From a virus (taxonomy: Duplodnaviria; Caudoviricetes), in the IMG/VR virus record IMGVR_UViG_3300022666_000061, positions 1 to 33,126 of that record: 33,126 bases of DNA. The stretch is one strand, 5' to 3'. Both the position numbers and the translations under genes were made by a program. Below the pieces are notes generated by a model. The model was given only the letters and a program-made list of their open reading frames with translations. It was not told where the DNA came from and did no database searches. This document shows, one piece after another, positions 31,702 to 33,126 of this stretch; the first letter of the stretch is position 1, and each line of letters starts with the position of its first letter.

Positions 31702-32177
31702 CGGCACAAGTCATTCTTGAGCAGCCAGCGACAGCAGAGATTGTTGTTGATCATGCTGCTCTTCTGCGTCTGAAAGACAAGATCTTCACGATCAACGAAT
31801 CAATCCGCGATCTCGAAGAGCAGCGAGCCAGAATCCAGGACAAGCTGGATCAGGGTGTAGCAGCCTGCGTTCAGGCGGGTATGCTGGAAAGTCAGACGGC
31901 AAAGATCGTTGAGAAACTCGGAAGAGTCGGGGTCAGGAAGTTCACGCCTACCGGGATCGACAAGTTCCGGCAGGAATACCCAGAACTGTATGTTAAACTG
32001 GAAAAGGTGACGATCTCTGTGTCAGACGTAGCCAAAGCCATTGGTGACGAGGGAATAAAGCCGTATGTCGATGGCGGTGAGCGGGGTCCCAGCACGTTTG
32101 AGATCATGAGCCCGCTGGAACTATTGGCAGCCAAGGCGCTCAAGGAAGGAAAAGAAAAACGCCCGGGGTGGCGGTAA
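31698..32177 (+). CDS. Coiled-coil hypothetical protein
   Basis: N-terminal coiled coil; 'IDKFRQEYPELY'. Confidence 0.7.
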   Translation: MTAQVILEQPATAEIVVDHAALLRLKDKIFTINESIRDLEEQRARIQDKLDQGVAACVQAGMLESQTAKIVEKLGRVGVRKFTPTGIDKFRQEYPELYVKLEKVTISVSDVAKAIGDEGIKPYVDGGERGPSTFEIMSPLELLAAKALKEGKEKRPGWR

Positions 32178-32425
32178 TGGTTGCTGCATACCTCGGGACG
32201 GGCACGGTTGAGCACATCCTCTCACAGAGCCCGTATAGGACTTACATCCTGCTTGAGGGTGAGGAATCCCCGTTGATCTGCACGTATTGGTCCTTGCCCT
32301 TTCTCGCAGGTGTCAAGGCTGGGGACAATATCGAATATACCGGGGATGAGCAGACACCCAACCCCAACCCAGGTATACCGCCTCGTGACCGGTTCCTGTC
32401 CTGGTGTAGGAAGGTGGAGGAATAA
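32177..32425 (+). CDS. Hypothetical protein (possible OB-like beta fold)
   Basis: 'GTVEHI...TYILL...VKAGDNIEYTG'. Confidence 0.6.
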   Translation: MVAAYLGTGTVEHILSQSPYRTYILLEGEESPLICTYWSLPFLAGVKAGDNIEYTGDEQTPNPNPGIPPRDRFLSWCRKVEE

Positions 32426-32565
32426 TGCCGATGTTTCGGTGCTGTGAATGCGTTGTTCACCTATCGCCTTGCTATCTACTTCGAGATGAGGATCAAGTCC
32501 CGAGTCCAAAAAACGTCTGCCCATGGGACGATTATCTCAAAGCTTATTGGGAGGAGATGCGGTAA
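32425..32565 (+). CDS. Small Cys-rich protein (46 aa)
   Basis: MPMFRCCEC...PCYL...CPW...AYWEEMR; GGAGG RBS. Confidence 0.6.
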   Translation: MPMFRCCECVVHLSPCYLLRDEDQVPSPKNVCPWDDYLKAYWEEMR

Positions 32566-32655
32566 TGCCGCCGATCTTTTTCATACCGCCACTGTTCCCG
32601 GTGCTGATCAAGATAGTTACCGGCATAATCTGCGGGCCGTTCGGAGTGATATGAA

Positions 32656-33126
32656 ATGTGTAATGCTTTCTCGTGTGTCGTGATGAAAGATGGAACAGTT
32701 TTCTGGAAATTTACCGTTGATTCTCATGACGAAATACTGGAACTCAACAATATTCCAGACGATACAGCAGACGCAGAAAGAGTTGCGTTCTGTCGTGTGG
32801 AGATCTCGCCAGAGAACAAGAACTACCTAAAACCTGACAAATGGGTGTTCAGGATTGACCAGAAACCCATTCCAACGTGGATGGAAGAAAACCACGAGCA
32901 GGTATGTTGGAAGGCATTCTATGAATGGAAGAGACAACTAGATACAATTCTTGTATACAAACCGATAGTCAATCCGTTTGAGATCGAACCGCCGGAAATA
33001 ACAGACGAAATTATCGATTTGGTCCGTGAATGGGCTTCGGTCTGGGATTCGGTCAGGGCTTCGGTCAGGGCTTTGGTCAGGGATTCGGTCGGGGCTTCGG
33101 TCTGGGCTTCGGTCTGGGATTCGGTC
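32656..33126 (+). CDS. 5' part of the WDSV/WASV-repeat protein, continuing at base 1
   Basis: MCNAFSCVVMKDGTVFW...DSHDEIL...FCRVEISP...IVNPFEIEPP...VREWASVWDSV; open to the window end; GGAGTGAT RBS. Confidence 0.88.
   Translation, partial: MCNAFSCVVMKDGTVFWKFTVDSHDEILELNNIPDDTADAERVAFCRVEISPENKNYLKPDKWVFRIDQKPIPTWMEENHEQVCWKAFYEWKRQLDTILVYKPIVNPFEIEPPEITDEIIDLVREWASVWDSVRASVRALVRDSVGASVWASVWDSV
33031..33126 (+). repeat. 12-bp coding tandem repeat, 8 units
   Basis: Same unit as at 1-93; the last 9 nt equal the first 9 nt of the window. Confidence 0.98.

Larger units (their letters stand above)
1..33126. mobile_element. Tailed archaeal virus genome (Caudoviricetes, siphovirus-like), probably complete and circularly permuted
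   Basis: Ordered terminase-portal-protease-capsid-neck-tail-TMP module; both ends lie in the same 12-bp repeat and can be joined in frame; archaeal tRNA, RBS and promoter signals; no host housekeeping genes. Confidence 0.92.

Noticed and set aside
32444-32683. 79-aa ORF from the track
   Set aside because: Better explained by coupled ORFs in other frames (32425-32565, 32565-32654 and 32656 onward) that have RBS or overlap signals.

Overview
This looks like a complete or near-complete ~33 kb genome of a tailed archaeal virus (Caudoviricetes, siphovirus-type: HK97-fold capsid, tail tube, tape measure, no sheath). The contig is opened inside a 12-bp coding tandem repeat, so both ends appear to belong to one gene. 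An archaeal host, probably a methanogen of the Methanomicrobia, is inferred from an archaeal-type tRNA-Leu, GGTGA-type ribosome-binding sites, TATA-like promoters, a GINS-like protein and a DUF2080 domain. Nearly all genes are on the + strand. The early region (30654 across the junction to 7241) holds RHH regulators, an antirepressor, HNH nucleases, an Hjc-like resolvase, a GINS A-domain, DUF5131 and many small Zn-finger ORFs. It is followed by a self-contained accessory unit (7242-8106), a putative envelope/lysis trio, a structured tRNA-like non-coding region, and packaging, head, neck and tail modules. I recognised no integrase, polymerase, primase or MCM. The most striking observation is a 252-aa intein in the terminase large subunit whose central region has no in-frame endonuclease but fully overprints a complete HNH endonuclease gene in another reading frame, with its own RBS. 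Other notable items are gene cassettes bounded by exact direct repeats of the RBS/stop/start junction, a divergent RHH switch with a truncated member next to a possibly chimeric tRNA, a -1 tail-chaperone frameshift with a likely ACG start, and alternative hairpins upstream of the antirepressor. All assignments come from motif recognition by eye; no database searches were run.
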